64,000 bases of DNA from Octopus sinensis (lineage: Eukaryota). Shown here piece by piece: positions 49,830 to 62,700 of the stretch. The stretch covers positions 4,836,001 through 4,900,000 of the forward strand of contig NC_043007.1 of NCBI RefSeq assembly GCF_006345805.1, written 5' to 3'. Made by a program: the position numbers and the translations under genes. Every line of letters begins with the position of its first letter. The stretch's first letter is position 1. The notes under the pieces are model-generated. The model saw nothing but the letters and a program-made list of their open reading frames with translations. It was not told the origin of the DNA and searched no databases.

Positions 49830-50315
49830 TTCTCTACTCTGGACACGACTGTGTTTCAAGCAGTTGGACTTTCATCAAATATTTGGTCAACTATTTCCAG
49901 GGAGCCAACCTCATGAACATTTGAAGAAATATATTTCATATGTATTCTTATTGCTTTCATCAAGCACATACAATGTTAACCTCCTACCATTGATCCTGCT
50001 ACATGCATATAGAGAACTAACCATTCTCTAATGGTTGCAAGGTTCTGCCTTTTCTTTCCTTATCGAATTGTAGTCTTTGGAAAGTTTAGTTTGAGGCACC
50101 TCAATTAATTCTAGCTTTTACTTTTGTGTCTGAAATTTCTTCACTAAATCTTGCAGAGATTCTGTTGATTCTATCAACGGCATATGTGAGTTCTTAGAAT
50201 TGGCAACTGGCCATAGATTTCTTAGTTATGGCCAGCAGGACTATAATGAACAGGAGGGAGCTGAGAACTGAGCCTCGATGTACTCCTACCTCTCTAACAA
50301 ACTTACCATTGAATT
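49830..50315 (-). mobile_element. RTE LINE reverse transcriptase remnant
   Basis: FNGKFVREVGVHRGSVLSSLLFIIVLLAITK...ELTYAVD...STESLQDLVKKFQ matches RTE VGVHQGSVLSPLLFIIV...ELLYADD. Confidence 0.85.
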
Positions 50316-50340
50316 TATATGTGTGTATATATATTTATAT

Positions 50341-50462
50341 AGAAGAGCATAGGCTCAAAACGTAAAAGACTTTTTCTATTCCTGAGCGTTATACTAATAC
50401 ATCTATTTGTTTTATACACCACCTGTCTTCGTCTTTTGTTTTTTTTTCATGAACTCTCCCTA
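50341..50462 (+). mobile_element. PLE-like family P2 copy, truncated inside the HHR core
   Basis: agaagagcataggctcaaaacgtaaaagac...acaccacctgtcttcg...ctctccc(TA)n; retains ACGU. Confidence 0.75.
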
Positions 50463-51171
50463 TATATATATATAAATAGATAGATAGACAGACAAGCAGA
50501 AAGACAGGCAGACAGACAGACAGATAGATAGATAAAAAGGTAGGTAGGTAGGTAGATAGATAGAAGATGATGGGCATCCACAGTTTCCTGCTTCTAAATC
50601 GATCCACAAAACTCAATAATGATAATTCTCTCTGTGGATTTGAACTCATAAACTACCAGTTTGCAGGTCCAGCAACAAGTTATTCACTCAGATATCTTAT
50701 CTTAACTTTTAAAAAAATCAATAAAGATTTCAAATTTAAACTGACTTCTTAGAATTCTGAACCACATATGAAAAAAATGGTATTATTTTTCTTTATTTAT
50801 TAAAAATTTATGGCTAAAAAATATTTTGGTACAAAATTATTTTGCGTATGTGAAAGTTTTAGAGTTTTACCATTTCCAAATGTTAGAATTCATAGCATGG
50901 AGCATCTTCTGAGCCATATATATACACACATACATATATACACATGCATGTATACACACATATATACACATGCACATACATATATACATACTTACATACA
51001 TGTATATATACATACGTACATACATATATACTTACATATATACATATATGCATACATACATATATACACACATACATATATACATACATACATATATCTG
51101 TGCATTTGTGTGCATATAATGTCTATATACAGATATAAGTATGTGTGTGATTTATATTTATATATATATAC

Positions 51172-51218
<47 letters not shown>

Positions 51219-51275
51219 AATACATATATTATATACATACATATATATGTATATATACATATACATATGTACGTG

Positions 51276-51315
<40 letters not shown>

Positions 51316-52483
51316 AGTATGTATGTATGTATATGTATGTGTGTGTGTGTGTATATATAAATATATATATGGTGTGTGTGTATGTATGTGTGTATGTATG
51401 TATGAATGTATAGTAAATCTGGTTGCCATTCTGTTTTTTCAATTAAAAACGATCTATTTGAAATCATTCACCATTTTCTGATTTTCTGAATTCTTGGAAT
51501 CTGCCAACTTGTGATAAACACATTCCTATCAAATCCTTTGTTACTCTGTGGTTCTCAGTTTCCCATTCTCGGTGTTGCTCTTTGCGTTGGTGGTGGTTGT
51601 GACATTAGTGGAGGCAATGGTGGTGATGGTGGTGGTGGTGGTGGTTGTGGTAATGGTCGGGGAGAGGGGGCTGTTGCTGCTGCTGTTAATACTACTGAAG
51701 GTGTGTAGCTGTTGTTGCACTTGTTCAACCCCAAGTCATTAATCCTGATCATGCACACTTACGATCAAAGACATTCCATTCATGACCGTCTAATTTTTTC
51801 TATTTTCCTGTCAAATATGGTGTGCTCTTGTTCCTTTTTCAAGACAGCAGGATGTGATTTCAGGGAGATTTGGCTGCTATTTCAAGTAAATCAAAGGGCC
51901 CTGTAGAGATTCTTTCCTTGATTCACTTGTAGATTATTCTAAATGTAAAGGTAATTTTTACCTGAAGCCATCCTCTGCTGACACTGTTTTAATGTCAAGG
52001 TAACACTGAATGTCAAGGCCAAATTCACATAGAGCCAGATCCACTCCAAACACATCGCAATCTGATGGCAGGCTTCTTTTGATATTTCTATGTAAGCCTA
52101 AGCTCTCAGTTAAATGTCCTTGTCGTTGTAGTGGTGGTGATGGTGGTGGTGGTGGTGGTGGTGATCATAGTCATGGTGTTGTAGGTGGTTGTGGTGGGGT
52201 GGGCAACGATGGCACTAACAGTGATTGTTGTCATCACCCTTATGTTCATTGTTAACGTTGTCGTCATTGTGGTGGTGGTCATGGTGTTGTTGTTGTGTTG
52301 GTGGTGGTGGTGGTGTGGTGATGGTGACAACAATGATGGCAGTGATGATACTGATGATGATGATGATGATGGTATATACATATATATATATATATATATA
52401 TGTATATGCATGTATGTATATGTATATATATATATATGTATATGTTGTATATGTATATATATGTATATGTATGTATATGTATG

Positions 52484-52535
<52 letters not shown>

Positions 52536-52663
52536 GTATATATATGTATATATATGTATATATATATATATATATGCTCATATGTATATATATATATATG
52601 CATATATATATATACATATACATATATATATACATATACATATATATATATATATATGGGTGT

Positions 52664-52696
<33 letters not shown>

Positions 52697-52713
52697 GTAT
52701 GTATGTATGTAGG

Positions 52714-52747
<34 letters not shown>

Positions 52748-52749
52748 AT

Positions 52750-52813
<64 letters not shown>

Positions 52814-54054
52814 TATATATGTATGTATGTATGTATGTAGGTATATATATATAATATATATATTTATGGGTGGGGGCAGAGAATTGGCAATCCTCGAAAT
52901 GGTGGATAAAATGCATGAATGAAAATCAAAACTGAAATTTGAAATACCAAAGAGCAGAAAGTAAAAACAAACATCCTAAAAAATCAAAAAAGTTGTTTAT
53001 ATTGTAATCTTAAATTATTGTTTTCTCTTAATTACTTTTATTTAGCCAGGTGTATGGCCTAAATGTAAGAATATTCAGTTCATGATCACAAGGTTGTGTG
53101 TTCATTTCCTGGACTGAGTAACATATTATTTATTTCATCCTTGGGCATGGCATTTTATTCCAAGCTTCTTCAGTTTATTCATTTGTTAGGAATATCATCA
53201 TCACCCAGATGCTGAGGCAAACTTCTCTCCCCACCCCTCCCTCCCTCCCTCTGTTTCTCTTTGTCTTTCTTTCTCTCCAGCTGTCACATCCTGGATGTTC
53301 AACAGGGTCAAGAACAAACGAGGAGGCACCTAGAGACAGACAAACAGACAGACAGAGCAAGAGAGCCAGTACCCATGATTAAAACAAATCAGAAAAGCAT
53401 GATACTTGTGACCAAACTCTATGATATTCCTGCCCAAACCATTCTGAAAATGCAAGAAACCATGAAAAAAAAAAAAAGAAAATGTATAAATTAAGATCAC
53501 AATAAAAATATAATGCAGTAGAAGGAAAAAAAATGAAAAACATTTCTAAAGAAATGCAAAATTATTGTTACCAAATAGAGAAGTGTCAAAGAATACAAGA
53601 ATTAGAACAGGCAGCAGGCATTTTTATGACTGTGTAAGAGGCAGGGCTATTAAATACTTTGAAACCAACTTACCAATTGTCTCTGATTTCCACTTATAAA
53701 ACCTCCTTTTCTCGGTGCTAAAATTGTGCTTTCATGAGCTCCATTCCAAATCTATATTGATCCATTTATAATAAAATGTTACCTAATATACAAGCTGTGT
53801 GATACCAGAAATAATCTCTTTCTATTGTTTCATATTTTATGGTAACGATTTTGTTGCCATCTATTAATACCATTTATTGAAGAAAATGTGTTTTACTTGC
53901 TGAAATGCTGAAAAATCAAAGAATCAAATACAGAGCCCAATGCAAAATAATGCAGTGCAGGTTCTGTAATTCCTTGTTTGGTCATCAAATAAGTTATATC
54001 AAGATAGAACAAGCTTACACGATTGTTGTCAGTGCAGTTCTTTATTTTTTCTCC

Positions 54055-54094
<40 letters not shown>

Positions 54095-54244
54095 AAGCTT
54101 CTTGCATGCAATCGTTACTGAGTTGCTATACAGTTGCCATCTCATGCCTGTATACACCCACACATGGGGTTTAATCCCCTCATCACCAGCAATGACAAAG
54201 CAATAATAAAGTGTGTCTTCGTGTATTTGGTTTGTGTGTCGGAC

Positions 54245-54400
54245 AAAATGCTCAGCAGTGGTTCTTCCATGATTTTAGATTCTGAGCTCAAATTTCACTG
54301 AGGTCAATTTTGACTTTCATCCCTCCAGGGTCGATAAAATAAAGTACCAGTCAAGTATTGGGATCAATGGTATTGACTTACCCCTTCCCTTCAAAACTGT
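54245..54400 (+). mobile_element. SINE family B-related copy
   Basis: gagctcaaatttcactgaggtc...ctttcatccctccagggtcgataaaataaagtaccag. Confidence 0.75.
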
Positions 54401-54466
54401 TGACCATCCACCTAAATCAGAAATAATAATAATAATAATAATGATAATAATAATGAAAATGTATGA

Positions 54467-54704
54467 TCTGATGTAGTACCAGGCAGTGGCTCCCATGGAC
54501 CCTGATCTCAAATGATCAGAAGTGTTATCATGTACATTGTTTTGTCTTGGTATAAAAGATTGGCTACAGCAAATATTCTGCTCAATACCACAAATTTGTT
54601 TGTCAGTTGTTTGACCTTAACCAAGACAAAACAATGTACATGATAACACTTCCAATCAGTTAAGATCAGAAGCCATGAGAGCCACTGTCTGATACTGCAT
54701 CAGA
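54467..54704. repeat. Inverted pair of family D body segments
   Basis: 84-bp arms 54467-54550 and 54621-54704 with a 70-nt spacer; (AAT)n on the left and (ATT)n on the right. Confidence 0.8.
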
Positions 54705-54706
54705 GC

Positions 54707-54761
<55 letters not shown>

Positions 54762-54859
54762 ATTATTATTATTATTATTATTATTGTTCAGTAGTTTTAT
54801 TTTTATAGCATGCTTTCACTTCACTACCGAGCGCAGCTCTGTGTGCCTTAGGTATGTGC

Positions 54860-54948
<89 letters not shown>

Positions 54949-55206
54949 GTTATTCAGTAGTCTTATTTTTGTTACATGCATTCACTGCTCTCCCAAGCAC
55001 AACCCGGGTTGTGTGCCTTGGGTCTTCATTGAGGTTTGTTTTGATGTTTTGCTTTTGGTCATAACTAAATCCCACAAGGCATTTTGTCCCTCACACCTAA
55101 CAACTCTGCCAAACCATAACAAACTAATAAGTAAATTTAATTTCATTCTTCAACCCATTATTACCATCAACCATTTCAAATAGACTTCCTCTCATCTTTT
55201 CCGCAG

Positions 55207-55510
55207 ATACCACAGCTTGCAGTGACACTTGATGAGAAACCTTCCCTGATGAAAGGACATTCATTCTCCGAACCCAACGAGAACGAAGAGAAGGATTACA
55301 GAGTGACATCAAACAAAACTGACAACTCATCAGAAGATGACGATGGCCAACCTGCTGCATTTAGACGCAATACAAAAGTGTATTATTTGCCAGAGAAATC
55401 AGATTATAAGGCTCAGTTCTTCTGTCTTAATTCAAATTTTACACCTGATCTAAAATGCATCACTCCAACAAAAGAAATTAAACTTGACTCGACAAAGTTT
55501 TTGTTTAAAG
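55207..55510 (+). CDS. Putative internal coding exon of an unidentified host gene
   Basis: Acceptor cttcctctcatcttttccgcag, donor AAAG/gtaata, and a stop-free 304-nt frame with non-repetitive content: IPQLAVTLDEKPSLMKGHSFSEPNENEEKDYRVTSNKTDNSSEDDDGQPAAFRRNTKVYYLPEKSDYKAQFFCLNSNFTPDLKCITPTKEIKLDSTKFLFK. No family recognised. Confidence 0.5.
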
Positions 55511-55818
55511 GTAATATTTACTGTTAAAATGCTCTTGTGATTGCTATCCTCGCTTTTGTTGTCGTTGTGGTTGTTTTCTGTTGCTTTTAAAACCCTTCCT
55601 GGTGGTTATCAGACGAGGGTTGAACTTTTTTATAATTCTACCAATTGTAGAGTCTCTTCCTAAGAGCAGATATCTTGAAACTCTTCTAAGAAGAGCAAAA
55701 GCAACTTGTGCCAGCATGGAAAATGGATGTTAAATGATGATAATGATGATGATAATGATGGTGATGGTGATCTATACATGTGCACATATGTATTTATATA
55801 TGTGTGTGTGTGTGTGTA

Positions 55819-56729
55819 TTGAGTCATCCCATAAATAATGCGATTTTTCATACTTCTTTATTCTTGAAAATCAAGATAAACAAAGTTTGTTTTTAATTTA
55901 AAATTTACTCTTCTACAATGCTTTTTCATCTGTCTGGTAGATTTGTAAGGACCCTCTTTCAAAATCATCTTGTCCGTGATGAAAAATACTCCTCCAGTAC
56001 TGTTCTGAACTCATCTCCAGAATTCATATATTTTTTGTCCAAATTATTTTGAAGACTATGAAATAAATGATAATCAGATGGGGCAATGTCTGGCAAATAT
56101 GGTGGGTGGGACATCGTTTCCCATTCAACCTGCTCCAGCCTTTGGAATGCCATCCTCACTGTATGTAACCCAGCATTATCTTGATGGAGGAACATCTTTT
56201 GTCTTAAAACCAAAGATGGTCGTTTTTCTTCTAGCACTGATTTGAAATACTGGTGGAATGACCAAATCCAAGCTTCTCTGTTAGTTCCTCAACAGTTACG
56301 ATGGGATTTTGTTCCATCAGGGTTTTGCAGGACGTCCTTGTCAAGCTCTGCAGATCTTCCAGGATGAGGCTTGTCTTTTAGGCTGTAAATTCTGGCTCAG
56401 AATTTCTGGAATCACTGTTAACATTGGCTTACACTTATTGTCTAATCCCCATATCTTGCATTAATATTCCTCCACTTTCCATTGCATTATTGCCTTTATT
56501 GAACTCATAAAGCAAAATATGCCAATTATGCTCCTGTGTCACTTCCATTATAGCTTTGAAAAAATAGCTGTTAAAATCGAACTGCACTCTTCAAAACTTG
56601 CACTAAGAATAAGGACATGGTAAAATTACTACCTTCTTTATAGCAAGTTGATGCAGGTAGTTCATCCCGTCTCCCTCCGACCTTTAGTTCATACAATTGA
56701 AAAACCACATTATTTATGGGATGACCCAA
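55819..56729 (-). mobile_element. Mariner element with both TIRs, deleted
   Basis: TIRs ttgagtcatcccataaataatgcgattttt / aaaaaccacattatttatgggatgacccaa; FLHQDNAGLH...HPPYLPDIAPSDYHLFHSLQN (mariner YSPDLAPSD motif). Confidence 0.92.
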
Positions 56730-56744
56730 CAAATATATATATAC

Positions 56745-56830
56745 ATTGGTCAGTCCAGGGCTATAATAGAAGACACTTGCCCAAGGTGCTGTGCAGTGGG
56801 ACTGAACCTGAACCACATGATTGCAAAGTG
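56745..56830 (-). mobile_element. SINE family A 5' head
   Basis: tagaagacacttgcccaaggtgctgtgcagtgggactgaacc. Confidence 0.8.
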
Positions 56831-57900
56831 AAGCTTCTTAGGATGCATTAAACAAGATGATGGAATGAGGGATGACCACAGCTGAAAACTCCTTGAATCC
56901 TAGGCTGACTCAATTATGAAGAATCAGAGATGAAACAACAAAAACAACAACAAAAGTATAGAAAAACCACAAAGAAACAAGCAATTAGTGAGGTTTTTAA
57001 TTACATCTCATCACTCAAGCTTAAGATCAACCGTAAGAGTTTTCTTGAATGTTGGAGTCAAGAAGCAGCAAACCCTCTTGTGGTCCTGCATTTCAAAGAT
57101 GCTGCTGTATCCAACGTAAGCAGCGTTGGTCATCCTTTAATCTAAAGTAGGTTAGAAACAGCAAGTAGATCAATGCCATGAAAGACATTTCTGTATCACT
57201 AATAAAATCTAATATCTAATCCCCTGATCAATAAAATGCCAGTGTTGTAATCTGTGGTATTCTCCTGACTGCGCATAATAAACGTAAGATGAAGAGCACC
57301 ACCCTGATTTCGTTATTTATTCATGTTTGACCTACTATCACCAACAAATAAAGAATTTCACATATCCAGTCTGGAGTTAGACTATGAATAAAGATTCCCT
57401 AATGAAACAAAGTCTAGAATTCATAAACCAGAGTTATTTTTCTCTCATTTAGACAAGCTGATATTGTATCCAGTAGTAAATTTTATTGACTTCAAAGTCA
57501 TCACCATCATCATCATCATCATTTATATCAGTTTTCCAATACTGGCTTGGCTTAGCCTGGTCAGATCTGTTGCAATCCTTTATCATCTGATACATCCAAT
57601 AAAGATGGAACTGCCAGTCTCCTTTGTTGTGTATCACTTGTTTGCTTTGCTTCTATTTTTATAATAGATTTTACAGCTGGAATACAATTCCTGTTGCCAA
57701 CCACTTTATGGTATAGGTACATTCTATCATGTCTCTAGTATGTAAGGAAATGTCTGCTAGGACTAAATTATCATTATATCTATTTTGTATCAGATTTTTT
57801 CAGAGTTACTGCTCTCCTAGATGGATTGCCTTCTCTGCAGCTTGTAACAATCCACATTAGTTCATTGAAATTCAGCAGCAAATCTAAATGTTTATCCAGA

Positions 57901-58391
57901 TGGAGTAAAGATTGTTTGCCAACATAACATGGCAGTCCTGGTTTAGGACGAATGTTGCTGTAATTTAGCCCCAGGAGACATCGTCTCCAGCTGGCTATAC
58001 AACATAACCTGTGTCCCTATATTTTTGAACAAGGGAATCTAGTAATTTTCTAATTTATACATCAGTGACTAGTTGTCACTTTGAAAACTATATATTTCGA
58101 ATGGGAATTTGGCAGTGCCATCTCTAACCGAACAATTATTCTGTGCTGATGAAGGGAAATAACCTGGAAATCGCGATACACAGATATTGTTTTGAGCTGA
58201 GTGGGGGTACTAGATTCCCTTGTTTGAAAATATAAGGACACAGATCATGTCATATAGCCAACTGGAGACAATGTCTCCTGGGGCTAAATTACAGCAACAT
58301 CCGTCCTAAACCAGGACTGCCATGTTATGTCGGCAAACAATCTTTACTCCAAAGTACTGTTGCTGAATATCTCTCCTTGAGATTTACAAAT
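57901..58391 (+). mobile_element. Fold-back mini-element, PLE pseudo-LTR-like (copy 2), with HHR
   Basis: 144-bp arms 57901-58044 and 58208-58351, 163-nt spacer containing an HHR, 40-nt unpaired tail. Confidence 0.85.
58141..58183 (+). ncRNA. Minimal type I hammerhead ribozyme
   Basis: CUGUG-CUGAUGA-AGG(GAAAUAA)CCU-G-GAAA-UCGCGAU-A/CACAG: perfect 5-bp stem I (extendable), palindromic AUCGCGAU, one extra G before GAAA. Confidence 0.75.
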
Positions 58392-58972
58392 ATTAATATA
58401 CTAACTTCATCCAGATATTTTACAGTATTAAGAAAACACAAGATATTAACAGATTAAGAACTATCAGATTTAATACAAGTCCAGGGGAAGCCATGGACGT
58501 TCCACAACCCATTTTGTAATACAGTATCAGCCATAAACATCTCCCTACTTCATAATGATAATTTCTGGCCATTTTCTTCAAAATTCTTTGATTAATTTCT
58601 AGAAGACCTTGCCAATTCTCTGCAGTCATGTTTTCTCTTCCAGCAAGTTTTCTCATTCTGGCTTTCGCAAAATATTCTTGCCTATCATCTTCTTCATCAT
58701 TCTGTCTTCTTTCCGGATTAACAATTCTCATTCTTTCCCTATAAGCTTCCGTTTCATCATTTGTCATGGGAAACTTCCACATGCACACACACACACACGA
58801 ATGTTAATGACATGTGCATATACACGCATGCACACCACCACTCTCTCTTTCATACACACACACACAACTGAATATCATCGGCGTATGTGTGTATATAGGT
58901 GCATGCATGTGTCAGTGGTGTTCATTTCAATCTCTCTCTCTCTCTTTCTCTCTCTCTCTTTTTCTCTCTGTT

Positions 58973-59022
<50 letters not shown>

Positions 59023-59093
59023 TTTTCTCTCTGTTTCTCTCTCTCTCTCTTTCTCTCTCTCTCTCCCTCTCTCTCTCTCTCTTCCTCTCTCTC

Positions 59094-59130
<37 letters not shown>

Positions 59131-59522
59131 TCATCATCTTTTTTCCACAGTATGACAGATCTTTTTTTACACCAGCAAATTTTACCTTTAGCATGTTAAT
59201 TTAATAAATATTATCAGATTGAATACAAGATGATATCAGCCACAGTCTTGGCAATAACTTATTTGATTATCTCATGAATTCTATGTGGAATTCCTTAGTT
59301 TACAGAGACAGTATTTCATCAGTCATTTTAATCCAGTAAGACAATTAGATATTTCATAACCTATAAAAGTCCACTAAAATGAAATTCTGAAAACAAAAAC
59401 CAATTAAGCTGCTCTGATTGTCTGTGCAGCTCTTAGACTGGAAGTCAAGCTTGAGAAAAGAAAATAATATCATTCATCAACTTATGATACATTGCATTGA
59501 GCTGTGTAGGATCGAAAACTGA

Positions 59523-59582
<60 letters not shown>

Positions 59583-59599
59583 TATACATATATATATAT

Positions 59600-59710
59600 A
59601 TATGCCTCACAGAGGCAATGATGAAAGACCGAGACCTCTGGAGATATGCTGTGACTGCAAAGACCCAGCAAATAATGTGAGTTCATGGCTGTTTCCTGCA
59701 CCAGTTTCGC
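59600..59710 (+). mobile_element. RTE LINE ORF2 terminal fragment
   Basis: gcaatgatgaaagaccgagacctctggagatatgctgtg translates AMMKDRDLWRYAV. Confidence 0.7.
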
Positions 59711-59720
59711 ACAGCCCATC

Positions 59721-62700
59721 CAAACTACTTTGGATCACTACATGTTACACATTCACAAACTGCCTTTTAGATCACCACATGTTACACATTCACAGACTGC
59801 CTTGTAGATCACCACATGTTACACATTCACAAACTGCCTTTTAGATCACCACATGTTACACATTCACAGACTGCCTTGTAGAACACCACATGTTACACAT
59901 TCACAAACTGCCTTTTAGAACACCACATGTTACACATTCACAGACTGCCTTTTAGATCACGACATATTACACATTCACAAACTGCCTTTTAGAACACCAC
60001 ATGTTACACATTCACAAACTGCCTTTTAGAACACCACATGTTACACATTCACAAACTGTCTTTTAGAACACCACATGTTACACATTCACAAAATGCCTTT
60101 TAGAACACCACATGTTACACATTCACAAACTGTCTTTTAGATCACCACATGTTACACATTCACAAACTGTCTTTTAGATCACCACATGTTACACATTCAC
60201 AAACTGCCTTTTAGATCACCACATGTTACACATTCACAAACTGTCTTTTCAATCACCACATGTTACACATTCACAAACTGCCTTTTAGAACACCACATGT
60301 TACACATTCACAAACTGCCTTTTAGAACACCACATGTTACACATTCACAAACTGCCTTTTAGAACACCACATGTTACACATTCACAAACTGCCTTTTAGA
60401 ACACCACATGCTACACATTCACAAACTGCCTTTTAGAACACCACATGTTACACATTCACAAACTGCCTTTTAGAACACCACATGTTACACATTCACAAAC
60501 TGCCTTTTAGAACACCACATGTTACACATTCACAAACTGCCTTTTAGATCACCACATGTTACACGTTCACAAACTGCCTTTTAGAACACCACAGGTTACA
60601 CATTCATAAACTGTCTTTTAGAACACCACATGTTACACATTCACAGACTGCCTTTTAGATCACCACATGTTACACATTCACAAACTGCCTTTTAGAACAC
60701 CACATGTTACACATTCACAAACTGCCTTTTAGAACACCACATGTTACACATTCACAAACTGTCTTTTAGAACACACATGTTACACATTCACAACTGCCTT
60801 TTAGAACACCACATGTTACACATTCACAAACTGCCTTTTAGAACACCACATGTTACACATTCACAAACTGCCTTTTAGAACACCACACATGTTACACATT
60901 CACAAACTGCCTTTTAGATCACCACATGTTACAATTCACAAACTGTCTTTTAAATCACCACATGTTACACATTCACAAACTGCCTTTTAGAACACCACAT
61001 GTTACACATTCACAAACTGCCTTTTAGAACACCACATGTTACACATTCACAAACTGACTTTTAGAACACCACATGTTACACATTCACAAACTGCTTTTAG
61101 AACACACATGTTACACATTCACAAACCGCCTTTTAGATCACCACATGTTACACATTCACAAGTGTCTTTTAAATCACACATGTTACCACATTCACAAACT
61201 GCCTTTTAGAACACCACAATGTTACACATTCACAAACTGCCTTTTAGAACACCACATGTTACACATTCACAAACTGTCTTTTAGATCACCACATGTTACA
61301 CATTCACAAAACTGCCTTTTAGATCACCACTTACACATTCACAACTGACTTTTAGAACACCACATGTTCACATTCACAAACTGCCTTTTAGAACACCACA
61401 TGTTACACATTCACAAACTGCCTTTTAGATCACCACATGTTACACGTTCACAAACTGCCTTTTAGAACACCACATGTTACACATTCATAAACTGTTTTAG
61501 AACACCACATGTTACACATTCACAAACTGCCTTTTAGAACCACCACATGTTACACATTCACAAACTGTCTTTTAGAACACCACATGTTACACATTCACAA
61601 ACTGCTTTTAGAACACCACATGGTACACATTCACAAACTGCCTTTTAGAACACCACATGTACACATTCACAAACTGCCTTTTAGAACACCACATGTTACA
61701 CATTCACAAACTGCCTTTTAGAACACCACATGTTACACATTCACAAACTGCCTTTTAGATCACCACTTGTTACATGTTCACAAACTGCCTTTTAGAACAC
61801 CACAGGTTACACATTCATAAACTGTCTTTTAGAACACCACATGTTACACATTCACAGACTGCCTTTTAGATCACCACATGTTACACATTCACAAACTGCC
61901 TTTTAGAACACCACATGTTACACATTCACAAACTGCCTTTTAGAACACCACATGTTACACATTCACAAACTGCCTTTTAGAACACCACATGTTACACATT
62001 CACAAACTGCCTTTTAGAACACCACATGTTACACATTCACAAACTGCCTTTTAGAACACCACATGTTACACATTCACAAACTGCCTTTTAGAACACCACA
62101 TGTTACACATTCACAAACCGCCTTTTAGATCACCACATGTTACACATTCACAAACTGTCTTTTAAATCACCACATGTTACACGTTCACAAACTACCTTTT
62201 AGAACACCACATGTTACACATTCATAAACTGTCTTTTAGAACACCACATGTTAAACATTCACAAACTGCCTTTTAGAACACCACATGTTACACATTCACA
62301 AACTGCCTTTTAGAACACCACATGTTACACATTCACAAACCGCCTTTTAGATCACCACATGTTACACATTCACAAACTGTCTTTTAAATCACCACATGTT
62401 ACACATTCACAAACTGCCTTTTAGAACACCACATGTTACACATTCACAAACTGCCTTTTAGAACACCACATGTTACACATTCACAAACTGTCTTTTAGAA
62501 CACCACATGTTACACATTCACAAACTGCCTTTTAGAACACCACATGTTACACATTCACAAACTGCCTTTTAGAACACCACATGTTACACATTCACAAACT
62601 GCCTTTTAGAACACCACATGTTACACATTCACAAACCGCCTTTTAGATCACCACATGTTACACATTCACAAACTGTCTTTTAAATCACCACATGTTACAC

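Noticed and set aside
13678-52854. Many long ORFs rich in IY, HT, CV, poly-D/H/M/S
   Set aside because: They are translations of (TA)n, (CA)n, (GAT)n and (GA)n microsatellites, open on several frames and strands.
55246-55260. CUGAUGA as a hammerhead core
   Set aside because: It lies within the putative exon and has no stem II/GAAA/stem III arrangement downstream.
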